From contig OZ024742.1 in assembly GCA_964016885.1 (NCBI GenBank), forward strand, positions 37,572,001 through 37,636,000: DNA of 64,000 bases, read 5' to 3'. A model generated the notes under the pieces. The model saw only the letters and a program-made list of their open reading frames with translations, was not told where the DNA came from and did not search any database. Shown here piece after piece: positions 11,971 to 24,700 of this stretch. Numbering within the stretch: the first letter of the stretch is position 1; each line of letters opens with the position of its first letter. Origin of the DNA: Eledone cirrhosa. Lineage: Eukaryota. Made by a program: the position numbers and the translations under genes.

Positions 11971-13140
11971 TCAGGATTTCTTACCTGTGTGAACAGGTTT
12001 ATGACGAGTTAAACTTTGATTATCAGCATATGATTTACCACAAATATCACAACTATATGGTCTCTCACCTGTGTGACTACGTATATGAAGTGTTAAATGA
12101 CCTCTCTGAGAGAAAGTTTTACCACAGGTATCACAGTGAAATGGCTTTTCACCTGTGTGAACACGTACATGTTGAGTTAAATGACCATTCTGAGAGAATG
12201 TTTTACCACAAGTATTACAATGGTATGGTTTCTCACCAGTGTGAGTACGTATATGTCTAGTTAGTCTATTATTGGTAGAGAATGTTTTTGTACAGATATC
12301 ACAGTGGTATGGTTTATCTCCAGTGTGAACTTGTACATGACTGGCCAAACTATTACATCCAGAGAAAGTTTTACCACAGCTATTGCAACGGAATGGTTTC
12401 TCACCACTGTGAATACGTTTGTGGTTAGTCATGTTTCCTCTCCCAGAGAACGTTTTTCCACAGATATCACAACGATGTGGTTTTTCCCTTGTGTGAACAG
12501 ATTTGTGAACCTTTAAATAAGAACTTCGTGAGAATGTTTTACCACAGACACCACACTGATATGGTTTTTCTCCTGTATGAATACGTATATGATGAGTTAA
12601 ACTATCAACCTGTGAGAATGATTTCCCACAGGTATCACAATGATATGGTTTCTCACCTGAGTGAGTATATTTGTGTCTACTCAAATGTCCAAATTGTGTG
12701 AATCTTCTACCACAAATATCACAGTGGTAAGGCTTTTCATCTGTATGAATACGTTTGTGATTCGTTAAAGTACTGCTTTCTGAAAAGGTTTTGTCACAGA
12801 TATCACATCGGTGTGCTTTTTTGCTTCTGTGAATACGTTTATGTCTAGTTAAATACGAATTCTGAGAGAATACTTTACCACAGATTAAACATTCAAAATC
12901 CTTCTGATCTGACTGAACACCTTTAGAATAAGAACGGTTTTTACCAGCTGTTTTGCTGTGCATTTTAGAATACTTCAGCTTTAAGCTTGTAAGAAGTACA
13001 TTATATTGTGTGAATGTTTTCTTATGGATGTCAAAGTGATATGATTTCTTCTGTGTATCTCCACATGTCTCATGAGATATGTCGCTAGGTTCAGACTTAA
13101 TTTCATCACAAACTGGTCTTTCACACACTTTATCCTCCAT
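11971..13140 (-). CDS. C2H2 zinc-finger protein, 11 fingers (copy 2, 389 aa)
   Basis: Intact ORF, paralog of copy 1, ends HTGKKS*. Minus-strand AATAAA at 11438-11443. Confidence 0.95.
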   Translation of the reverse strand: MEDKVCERPVCDEIKSEPSDISHETCGDTQKKSYHFDIHKKTFTQYNVLLTSLKLKYSKMHSKTAGKNRSYSKGVQSDQKDFECLICGKVFSQNSYLTRHKRIHRSKKAHRCDICDKTFSESSTLTNHKRIHTDEKPYHCDICGRRFTQFGHLSRHKYTHSGEKPYHCDTCGKSFSQVDSLTHHIRIHTGEKPYQCGVCGKTFSRSSYLKVHKSVHTREKPHRCDICGKTFSGRGNMTNHKRIHSGEKPFRCNSCGKTFSGCNSLASHVQVHTGDKPYHCDICTKTFSTNNRLTRHIRTHTGEKPYHCNTCGKTFSQNGHLTQHVRVHTGEKPFHCDTCGKTFSQRGHLTLHIRSHTGERPYSCDICGKSYADNQSLTRHKPVHTGKKS

Positions 13141-14248
13141 AATTTTCTTACAAATATTCTAAAAATGTTTGTTATTTTATTTTCAAATGTTTAACGCAGA
13201 ATAATAAATTCTCTGAAACTTCCCAACAGAATCTTCATGTTAAATGTCTCTATAATCTCAATTAAAATCAAAGTTACAGAGAACAGTTACTTGTATTCTC
13301 GATAATGTCAGTTTTTTGGTTTCAAAAACCTGACAAATTTCTTGACATATCTTGAATCAACAATTACCATCTGAATGTCACCACAAACTCTGAAAAAAAA
13401 AAATAAGGTAGAAAGTATAGAGAAAAGTTAACATAAAGATTATTAGTGATGGAGGAACTTGATTAGAGACATTGAATGTTAGATTAACAAAGATTAGAAA
13501 ATATCTACAGAAGAAAGACACAACAGTATGGATATGTAGTGTAAATATATAATGTGATGTGAGGATGATGGACTTTAGAATGATGAAAATAATGGGATAC
13601 ACTGAGGGAGAAGGAAAAGCAGAATGTTTTTAGTGTGAGTGTATATGATCAGATACCTCAGGTACTCCATATGCATGAAAAACTGTAGTTCAGTGAAATG
13701 AAAATGAAATTTACAGCTCCCACCTATGTAGGTTTAGCTGGTCTCCTATAGGTTGTATCTCAGAAGAAGTTTCTTGAGTGGTTTAATGATAGGGGCTCCA
13801 GGTCTATCATGAAAAGTAACATGAAATAAAGTGTCCTGCTCAAGAATAAAACATCCTGCCCAGTCCAATAATTGAATCCATGACACCCAAACCACTCAGT
13901 GAGTATTAACATATCAATGTAAAGAGCATTAAATATGCTATCACTAAATATATTAGCTAATGACTAATATAATTTTAACTGTTTCGGCAATGCTTGCTAA
14001 AAGATAGGAAAAAATGAGTATATTTTAATTAAAATGAAATAAAATATTGGCTTGTTAATTGGATCTTGAATTCTATATGTTGTTTATGTTTCATATATTC
14101 TTTAGTTTTATTATTTTGTTAATCCAGTGAATGTTCAGGTTAATGCTAAAAATATTCAGATGACATACTGGCCATACAGGCATTTGGTCAATACTCAGTG
14201 GATGATTCGGTTGGGCACAAAAAAGATTGAAATGAAAATGAGACATGC

Positions 14249-15385
14249 CTTAACTGAGCAGTGAAAACATATCTCTTGCTCTCAGTAGTCTGTTAGTCAG
14301 TGTCACTTTAACAAAAGAAGTGAAAACACACGTCTGGTCCTTAACATTCAGTTGGTCAATGTCGCCTTAGCACTGAAAATATGAGCTCAGCGTTCAGGTA
14401 TCTATTAGTGTCACTTTAGATGAGCAGTAAAAACACACATCTAGCCCTCAGCAGTCTGTGTCAACTTAGATGAGCATTGAAAACACACCCCGGGTCTTCA
14501 GCAGTTAGTTAGTCAGTATTGCGTTAGCTGAGCAGTGAAAAAACAGCTTTCACCCTAAGCAATTTTTTAACCAGTGTCACCTTAGTCAAACAATCAAAAC
14601 TCACCTCTGGCATTCAACAGCCTGTTAATCAGTGTTGCTTTAGCTGAGCAATGAAAACACACTTCTGGTTCTGAGCACTTTGTTAGTCAGTGTTACGTTA
14701 GCTGAGCAGTGGAAACTCACCTCTGGCCCTTGGCAGTCTGGTAGCTAATGTTGCCTTAGCTGAGAAATGAAAATGCAACTCTGGCACTGTGCAGCCAGAA
14801 GTCTGTAAGTCGGTGTTGCTTTACCTGAGCAATGAAAACTTATGTCTAGCTCTCAAAAGTCAGCAGCCTGTTAATTAAAGTCCCATTAGCTGAGCAGTGA
14901 AAACATGACTCTGGCCCTCAGCAGGCTTTTAGCGAGAGTTACCTTAGCTGAGAAGTAAAAACACACTTCTGGCCTACAACTGTCTGTTAATCAGTGATGC
15001 TTTAGCTGAAAGTTGAAAACACTCCTAGCACTAAACAATTAGTGCAGGTATGAGCAACCTTTTTTCGAGTAGTGGGTTGCATAGGATGTGGCTCATCATA
15101 AGGCAAACTGCACCACTAAAGAATCCATTTTGAAATTAGGTGTGTAGGTGTATCACTCACAAAGCCAAACGGGTCGCAGTTTGGCCATGACAGTATTAGT
15201 GTATACTTAACTGAGCAGTGAAAACATGCACCAGAGCCTCAGCTGTCTATTAGTCAGCGTCACATTAGCTGAGCAGTGAAAACACACCTCCATCTCTCAG
15301 TATTCAGCAGCCTGTTAGTAAGTGTCACATCAGATGAGCACTGCAAACACGCCTGGTCGTCAGTAGTTTGTTAATCAGTGTCATC
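14249..15385. repeat. Diverged 58-bp tandem repeat, about 17 units, intronic
   Basis: Approximate consensus ttagctgagcagtgaaaacacacctctggccctcagcagtctgttagtcagtgtcacc. Unit starts at 14524, 14582, 14640, 14698 and 14756 give period 58. Confidence 0.9.
15045..15193. mobile_element. hAT-type MITE, 149 bp, inside the 58-bp repeat (also 35611-35759, 49697-49845, 60557-60705)
   Basis: Imperfect TIRs caggtatgagcaac / gtttggccatgac(t/a)g; 8-bp TSD aattagtg/tattagtg. Confidence 0.7.
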
Positions 15386-15484
15386 CAGATAACCAGATGG
15401 AGAGATACTTCAGATGATTTTATCACAGCATATCCACTAACTTTTCTGGTGACCAGTGTACAGCTAGCCTTTCTTTCATTGTAT

Positions 15485-15604
15485 GGTTTCTGAATTAGGA
15501 ACAAAGTCAGCAATTTAATGGGAGGGGAAAGTCGATTATATCGACCCCGGTAGTTGACTGGCATCGAGTCGAAAGGATGAAAGGCAAAGTTAACCTCAGC
15601 AGGA
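15485..15604 (-). mobile_element. Deu/Nin-type SINE fragment (also 36051-36170, 50137-50256, 60997-61116)
   Basis: cgaaaggatgaaaggcaaagttaacctc is the reverse complement of the SINE core at 1625-1650. Confidence 0.7.
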
Positions 15605-16624
15605 TTATAACATATAAGAATAAAATGAGTCTGTGCTGTGTTCTGGAGAATTTATGTCAACGAACAGTTACTATTGGAACTAACATTCTGAATTTTAATT
15701 AACGTATCACTATCGTGAATTATCATGATACCGCTGTTCTGATGTTTTGTATGTGTAATTAAAGTATATATAATCAAACACGTTGAACACAAGATAAACA
15801 CACGTGTGAGCGTGTGTTTATGTAACACACGAAGATATTGTCAAAAGATTAACTATGGGGGTCTAAAATATAGGAAGATTCATTACAAACTGATTTGGTT
15901 GAAATGAAACTGTTGTCAAAGAAAGAATAACAATGGAGGGGAACATTAGGACACTATGTCACAATTAATAACAAATACATCAATGTTACCATGAATAGTG
16001 GTGTTAAATAGTTTATAAAATTCAACATTACTGGTGTTTACTTTTCAATAGAGATTAAAACAATGTAAAGAACAGCTCACCATCAATACATACTGTGGGT
16101 TGTTGTTACAGTAGAGATGTTTACACTAGAAATACTAAAACATCATATTTAACAACATATCGAATTACTGTGTATCTTTCTCGCTATTTAGTTAAATAAT
16201 GTTGAGAGCCGAATGGATATGTGAATTTTAACAAACATAAAACATATTCCATCTTCCTTTGGTAAAATTCAATTAAATCAGAAGAAACTAAGTGATATAT
16301 CATATAAGACATAACTAATGTATAAAATGATTAGCCGTGCTTTCGTAAAAAAACTTCCCGATTGTGTATGTTCTGAGAAGGATTTTCCAAAAAGTATAGC
16401 AAGTGATTTGATACATTAACTATGATTGTATCTGTGAGCGTGTATACAGTCATACTTTAAGCAAGATGCGGACTGTAGCCGGACTGCAAGATGCGGATAT
16501 GTAGCCCTTCTTAACATCCTGCATTTCCCCACAAACATATATTTCATTTCTCCGTTTTAGCTCCCTCTCAGCTTCCTATTCCCGTCCGGTAGATTTAACA
16601 CTAATTGTCTGTTTAAAAAAATGT

Positions 16625-18330
16625 CAGTTCCCCCACCACATTCCAAGGGAGCTAACTTGTAACCCCCTATCTCCCCTCAATCGTCGGATTCAGTCGAAAT
16701 TAACCTTATTCACCCCACCACTCCCTAACAGCTAGCTTGTCTCTCACGCCACCGTCATCACATTGCCAGAGTTAATGCTGAGTACTCCCCCACTCTAGCT
16801 CTGTCGTTAACCTAATTCTATCGTCGACCTCTCTGATGTTGCCAATTCACCACCAAACTGTGCTCACTGCTTCCGTACCAATTGATATTTGAAGACCCTT
16901 GAATGTCATTTGTGTAGCTTAAACTATCACAGGAGCTGTGTTGGCATTACTAAGGTTCAAGCTGAAAGTTTCTTAAACTGGACCTGTAACCAATGGCACT
17001 TCAGCAACAATTTACATTTGCAGGTCAGAACCTAGTTCTGACATTCAGATCTCTGTTGGGGATTTTGCTATTGCCCTCCAGTGCTTGTCTAAATTGAAAC
17101 TCATCAACAGGATCCCAAAGGGAGCTTGGATCAGTTTCACCCGAGTTCTCTCCAAGCTGCTGAAAAACGTTTGCCTATCCAACAACATCTTGGATTGGCA
17201 GAAACTATTCTTGTTCCCCCCCAGTTTCTCTCCACATGTCCATATAACGGCTGCGAAGATTCGAAACCTATCTGAGCTTTCCCGCCTCTGGGACAAGCTG
17301 TGGTAACTTGTTTACGCTCAAGAGACTAACCCCTTGGGAGAGGCTAAACACAGGTCAGAGGTGTTTACGCCTGACAGAAAATAGGTCAGAGGATATATCT
17401 ACCTTTCTGACTTGTTTACGCTAGGCAAACTAATCCCTTGGGAGAGACTAACCAAAGTTCAGAGGATATATCTATCCTTCTAACTTCAACTCTTATAAAT
17501 ACAGGGGTTGTTCACGCCCCGACAGAAAAGAAGTGAGATACAGACAAGACAAGTTGTTTTTACAAGCTCTCGTCATGAAAAACCAGCCTGCCACTTATTC
17601 TCACCTTCCTGGCTGATCGCTGACTCCTGCAATACAAATAAGTAAATATACTGATACGCCGCACACACGCATTCATAGTGAGTCCAGCATTTGTACACGC
17701 ACCATTCATTTCTGTTTACACATTATAATCGTATTCTGTGATACTTGAATTTACGTGGCTCGAAGAGCCACCAAATTATTGTATGAATATTTTGTGTCAA
17801 TTATTTTATCATTCAATATTCAAATTGAATATTGTTGTAATAAAATAAAGTTTGTAACAACACAATCCTGGTATTTTTCTTTACATCGAAACCACCATAC
17901 CAACAGTTACATCCATCCATCCACTTATCGTTACAACCACACATAATATTCCGTTACATCCAACACAAAATCTTGATCCCTCACATCTTCTCTAAAATGG
18001 CAGTTCATGTTTTTTGTTTCAACCCTAACTACTGCTCATCTCAGGTTGATGTTCAACTTAGTTCCAAACTAAGGCTGTTAAAGCCAAATTCAAAGAATTT
18101 GACATTAAAGGGGCTGTTCGCTTCCTCTCCTCTCGGTCATCCCTCGCCCAGTGCACTACAGATTCACTCAAACAACTGATAGTGAAACATCCTCTGGTTC
18201 CTCCGAATGACCTCACCCAATTCATCAACCTATTCTCATCCGAGAATGTCCTCCCTTATATTCACCCTGTTCCTTGGGGCTAAACTGTTTGGCTTCACAA
18301 AGCTCTACGGTGACCTCCACCCCATCTTTC
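16625..18330 (+). mobile_element. CRE-clade fragment (cassette B), interrupted by a solo LTR
   Basis: Near-identical to 7696-8860, with different deletions. Confidence 0.7.
17243..17958 (+). mobile_element. Solo LTR, 716 bp
   Basis: Termini TATAACGG...CCGTTACA; 4-bp TSD TCCA; empty site atgtccaacac in cassettes C and D; TATAAATA at ~17494 and AATAAA at ~17839-17849. Confidence 0.85.
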
Positions 18331-18796
18331 GATTTAAGTTGGCTAACCTCAAGCAACTTTTAAAAAGCCTCGAAGCCATTGAGTCTCACCAAGGTTTTTT
18401 ATACTTAGGAATTATTTGTCAATTCCTAATATACTATTAGGACAAAAATAAATACCAGATAACACACAGACAGAAGATGTTTGTGTGATACCTGGTATTC
18501 ATTTTCTACATTGTGTGATACCTGGTATTCATTTTCTACATTATACACTATACACAATGCTTCAAGCAAACTACAACATATATATAGTTTTAGAAAAGGA
18601 CAGATATAATATCAATTTGTCTCATGCTTGAAAGGAAAAGGAAAGTTCACCATATTAGACATTAGTCCTTCATTAGAAGTAGTAGAAACACAAAGATGAG
18701 ATTCACAGATAGAAGATAAAAAGGAGGGGGGGGGGGAGCATGTGAGTGTGTGTTTTTGCATTTAATTCTTTGTGTGTTTGTGTTGTTGGAGTGATG

Positions 18797-21700
18797 CATG
18801 TATGGCTGGGTGTATTAACATTGTATATATACCTGGTCTGTCCATGTATGGCTGAGTGTATTAACATTGTATATATACCTGGTCTGTCCATGTATGGCTG
18901 GGTGTATTAACATTGTATATATACCTGGTTTATCCATATATGGCGGGGTGTATTAACATCGTATATATACCTGGTTTGTCCATGTATGGCTGGGTGTATT
19001 AACATTGTATATATACCTGGTCTGTCCATATATGGCTGGGTGTATTAACATTGTATATATACCTGGTCTGTCCATGTATGGCTGGGTGTATTAACATTGT
19101 ATATATACCTGGTCTGTCTATATATGGCTGGGTGTATTAACATTGTATATATACCTGGTCTGTCCATATATGGCTGGGTGTATTAACATTGTATATATAC
19201 CTGGTCTGTCCATGTATGGCTGGGTGTATTAACATTGTATATATACCTGGTCTGTCCATATATGGCTGGGTGTATTAACATTGTATATATACCTGGTTGT
19301 CCATGTATGGCTGGGTGTATTAACATTGTATATATACCTGGTTTGTCCATGTATGGCTGGGTGTATTAACATTGTATATATACCTGGTCTGTCCATGTAT
19401 GGCTGGGTGTATTAACATCGTATATATACCTGGTCTGTCCATATATGGCTGGGTGTATTAACATTGTATATATACCTGGTCTGTCCATGTATGGCTCTGT
19501 GTATTAACATTGTATATATACCTGATCTGTCCATGTATGGCTGGGTGTATTAACATTGTATATATACCTGGTTTATCCATGTATGGCTGGGTGTATTAAC
19601 ATTGTATATATACCTGGTTTATCCATATATGGCTGGGTGTATTAACATTGTATATATACCTGGTCTGTCCATGTATGGCTGGGTGTATTAACATTGTATA
19701 TATACCTGGTCTGTCCATATATGGCTGGGTGTATTAACATTGTATATATACCTGGTCTGTCCATGTATGGCTGGGTGTATTAACATTGTATATATATCTG
19801 GTCTGTCCATGTATGGCTGGGTGTATTAACATTGTATATATACCTAGTTTGTCCATATATGGCTGGGTGTATTAACATTGTATATATATCTGGTCTGTCC
19901 ATATATGGCTGGGTGTATTAACATTGTATATATACCTGGTCTGTCCATATATGGCTGGGTGTATTAACATTGTATATATACCTGGTTTATCCATATATGG
20001 CTGAGTGTATTAACATTGTATATATACCTGGTCTGTCCATATATGGCTGGGTGTATTAACATTGTATATATACCTGGTTTATCCATATATGCCTGGGTGT
20101 ATTAACATTGTATATATACCTGGTTTATCCATATATGGCTGGGTGTATTAACATTGTATATATACCTGGTTTGTCCATGTATGCCTGGGTGTATTAACAT
20201 TGTATATATACCTGGTCTGTCCATGTATGGCTGAGTGTATTAACATTGTATATATACCTGGTCTGTCCATGTATGGCTGGGTGTATTAACATTGTATATA
20301 TACCTGGTCTGTCCATATATGGCTGAGTGTATTAACATTGTATATATACCTGGTTTATCCATATATGGCTGGGTGTATTAACATTGTATATATACCTGGT
20401 TTATCCATATATGGCTGGGTGTATTAACATTGTATATATACCTGGTTTGTCCATGTATGCCTGGGTGTATTAACATTGTATATATACCTGGTCTGTCCAT
20501 GTATGGCTGAGTGTATTAACATTGTATATATACCGGGTCTGTCCATGTATGTCTGGGTGTATTAACATTGTATATATACCTGGTTTATCCATATATGGCT
20601 GGGTGTATTAACATTGTATATATACCTGGTCTGTCCATATATGGCTGAGTGTATTAACATTGTATATATACCTGGTCTGTCCATATATGGCTGGGTGTAT
20701 TAACATTGTATATATACCTGGTCTGTCCATGTATGGCTGGGTGTATTAACATTGTATATATACCTGGTCTGTCCATATATGGCTAGGTGTATTAACATTG
20801 TATATATACCTGGTTTATCCATATATGGCTGGGTGTATTAACATTGTATATATACCTGGTCTGTCCATGTATGGCTGGGTGTATTAACATTGTATATATA
20901 CCTGGTCTGTCCATGTATGGCTGGGTGTATTAACATTGTATATATACCTGGTCTGTCCATGTATGCCTGGGTGTATTAACATTGTATATATACCTGGTCT
21001 GTCCATGTATGCCTGGGTGTATTAACATTGTATATATACCTGGTTTATCCATATATGGCTGAGTGTATTAACATTGTATATATACCTGGTCGGTCCATGT
21101 ATGCCTGGGTGTATTAACATTGTATATATATCTGGTCCGTCCATGTATGCCTGGGTGTATTAACATCGTATATATACCTGGTTTATCCATGTATGGCTGG
21201 GTGTATTAACATTGTATATATACCTGGTTTATCCATATATGGCTGGGTGTATTAACATTTTATATATACCTGGTCTGTCCATGTATGGCTGGGTGTATTA
21301 ACATTGTATATATACCTGGTTTGTCCATATATGGCTGGGTGTATTAACATTGTATATATACCTGGTTTATCCATGTATGGCTGGGTGTATTAACATTGTA
21401 TATATACCTGGTTTGTCCATATATGCCTGGGTGTATTAACATTGTATATATACCTGGTCTGTCCATGTATGGCTGAGTGTATTAACATTGTATATATACC
21501 TGGTCTGTCCATGTATGGCTGAGTGTATTAACATTGTATATATACCTGGTCTGTCCATGTATGGCTGAGTGTATTAACATTGTATATATACCTGGTCTGT
21601 CCATGTATGCCTGGGTGTATTAACATTGTATATATACCTGGTCTGTCCATGTATGGCTGAGTGTATTAACATTGTATATATACCTGGTCTGTCCATGTAT

Positions 21701-24700
21701 GGCTGAGTGTATTAACATTGTATATATACCTGGTCTGTCCATGTATGCCTGGGTGTATTAACATTGTATATATACCTGGTTTATCCATATATGGCTGGGT
21801 GTATTAACATTGTATATATACCTGGTTTATCCATATATGGCTGGGTGTATTAACATTGTATATATACCTGGTTTATCCATATATGCCTGGGTGTATTAAC
21901 ATTGTATATATACCTGGTTTATCCATATATGGCTGGGTGTATTAACATTGTATATATACCTGGTCTGTCCATGTATGGCTGGGTGTATTAACATTGTATA
22001 TATATCTGGTCCGTCCATGTATGCCTGGGTGTATTAACATTGTATATATACCTGGTTTATCCATATATGGCTGGGTGTATTAACATTGTATATATACCTG
22101 GTCTGTCCATGTATGGCTGAGTGTATTAACATTGTATATATACCTGGTCTGTCCATGTATGCCTGGGTGTATTAACATTGTATATATACCTGGTTTGTCC
22201 ATGTATGGCTGAGTGTATTAACATTGTATATATATCTGGTCCGTCCATGTATGCCTGGGTGTATTAACATTGTATATATACCTGGTTTATCCATATATGG
22301 CTGGGTGTATTAACATTGTATATATACCTGGTCTGTCCATGTATGGCTGAGTGTATTAACATTGTATATATACCTGGTCTGTCCATGTATGCCTGGGTGT
22401 ATTAACATTGTATATATACCTGGTCTGTCCATGTATGGCTGAGTGTATTAACATTGTATATATATCTGGTCCGTCCATGTATGCCTGGGTGTATTAACAT
22501 TGTATATATACCTGGTTTATCCATATATGGCTGGGTGTATTAACATTGTATATATACCTGGTCTGTCCATGTATGGCTGGGTGTATTAACATTGTATATA
22601 TACCTGGTCTGTCCATGTATGGCTGGGTGTATTAATATTGTATATATACCTGGTTTATCCATATATGGCTGGGTGTATTAACATTGTATATATATCTGGT
22701 CCGTCCATGTATGCCTGGGTGTATTAACATTGTATATATACCTGGTCTGTCCATGTATGGCTGGGTGTATTAACATTGTATATATACCTGGTCTGTCCAT
22801 GTATGCCTGGGTGTATTAACATTGTATATATACCTGGTCTCTCCATGTATGCCTGGGTGTATTAACATTGTATATATATCTGGTCCGTCCATGTATGCCT
22901 GGGTGTATTAACATTGTATATATACCTGGTCTGTCCATATATGCCTGGGTGTATTAACATTGTATATATACCTGGTCTGTCCATGTATGGCTGAGTGTAT
23001 TAACATTGTATATATACCTGGTTTATCCATGTATGCCTGGGTGTATTAACATTGTATATATACCTGGTCTGTCCATGTATGCCTGGGTGTATTAACATTG
23101 TATATATACCTGGTCTGTCCATGTATGCCTGGGTGTATTAACATTGTATATATACCTGGTCTGTCCATATATGCCAGGGTGTATTAACATCGTATATATA
23201 CCTGGTTTATCCATATATGGCTGGGTGTATTAACATTGTATATATACCTGGTCTGTCCATGTATGGCTGGGTGTATTAACATTGTATATATACCTGGTCT
23301 GTCCATGTATGGCTGGGTGTATTAACATTGTATATATACCTGGTCTGTCCATGTATGCCTGGGTGTATTAACATTGTATATATACCTGGTTTATCCATAT
23401 ATGGCTGGGTGTATTAACATTGTATATATACCTGGTTTATCCATGTATGCCTGGGTGTATTAACATTGTATATATACCTGGTCTGTCCATGTATGCCTGG
23501 GTGTATTAACATTGTATATATACCTGGTTTGTCCATATATGGCTGGGTGTATTAACATTGTATATATACCTGGTCTGTCCATGTATGGCTGGGTGTATTA
23601 ACATTGTATATATACCTGGTCTGTCCATATATGGCTGGGTGTATTAACATTGTATATATACCAGGTCTGTCCATGTATGCCTGGGTGTATTAACATCGTA
23701 TATATACCTGGTTTATCCATATATGGCTGGGTGTATTAACATTGTATATATACCTGGTTTATCCATGTATGCCTGGGTGTATTAACATTGTATATATACC
23801 TGGTCGGTCCATGTATGCCTGGGTGTATTAACATTGTATATATATCTGGTCTGTCCATGTATGCCTGGGTGTATTAACATTGTATATATACCTGGTTTAT
23901 CCATATATGGCTGGGTGTATTAACATTGTATATATACCTGGTCTGTCCATGTATGCCTGGGTGTATTAACATTGTATATATACCTGGTCTGTCCATGTAT
24001 GGCTGAGTGTATTAACATTGTATATATACCTGGTCTGTCCATATATGCCTGGGTGTATTAACATCGTATATATACCTGGTTTATCCATGTATGGCTGGGT
24101 GTATTAACATTGTATATATACCTGGTTTATCCATATATGGCTGGGTGTATTAACATTTTATATATACCTGGTCTGTCCATGTATGGCTGGGTGTATTAAC
24201 ATTGTATATATACCTGGTTTGTCCATATATGGCTGGGTGTATTAACATTGTATATATACCTGGTTTATCCATGTATGGCTGGGTGTATTAACATTGTATA
24301 TATACCTGGTTTGTCCATATATGCCTGGGTGTATTAACATTGTATATATACCTGGTCTGTCCATGTATGGCTGAGTGTATTAACATTGTATATATACCTG
24401 GTCTGTCCATGTATGGCTGAGTGTATTAACATTGTATATATACCTGGTCTGTCCATGTATGGCTGAGTGTATTAACATTGTATATATACCTGGTCTGTCC
24501 ATGTATGCCTGGGTGTATTAACATTGTATATATACCTGGTCTGTCCATGTATGGCTGAGTGTATTAACATTGTATATATACCTGGTCTGTCCATGTATGG
24601 CTGAGTGTATTAACATTGTATATATACCTGGTCTGTCCATGTATGCCTGGGTGTATTAACATTGTATATATATCTGGTCCGTCCATGTATGCCTGGGTGT

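Larger units (their letters stand above)
13390..16080 (-). other. Putative 5'UTR intron of ZNF copy 2 (equivalents 34924-38544, 48078-50733, 58937-61589)
   Basis: GTGAG donor at 16080; long poly-T tract plus CAG acceptor at 13390-13403 on the minus strand. Confidence 0.5.

Noticed and set aside
11975-11990. CAG|GTAAGA splice donor at the end of the 389-aa ORFs, implying another coding exon
   Set aside because: TGEKP linkers routinely contain caggtgaga. The downstream region is homologous to copy 1's 3'UTR and has an AATAAA, so a terminal exon is simpler. Not excluded without RNA data.
13826-13885. Minus-strand CORE-like SINE fragment (aagtgtcctgctcaag...ttgaatcc)
   Set aside because: Too short and degenerate to call by eye
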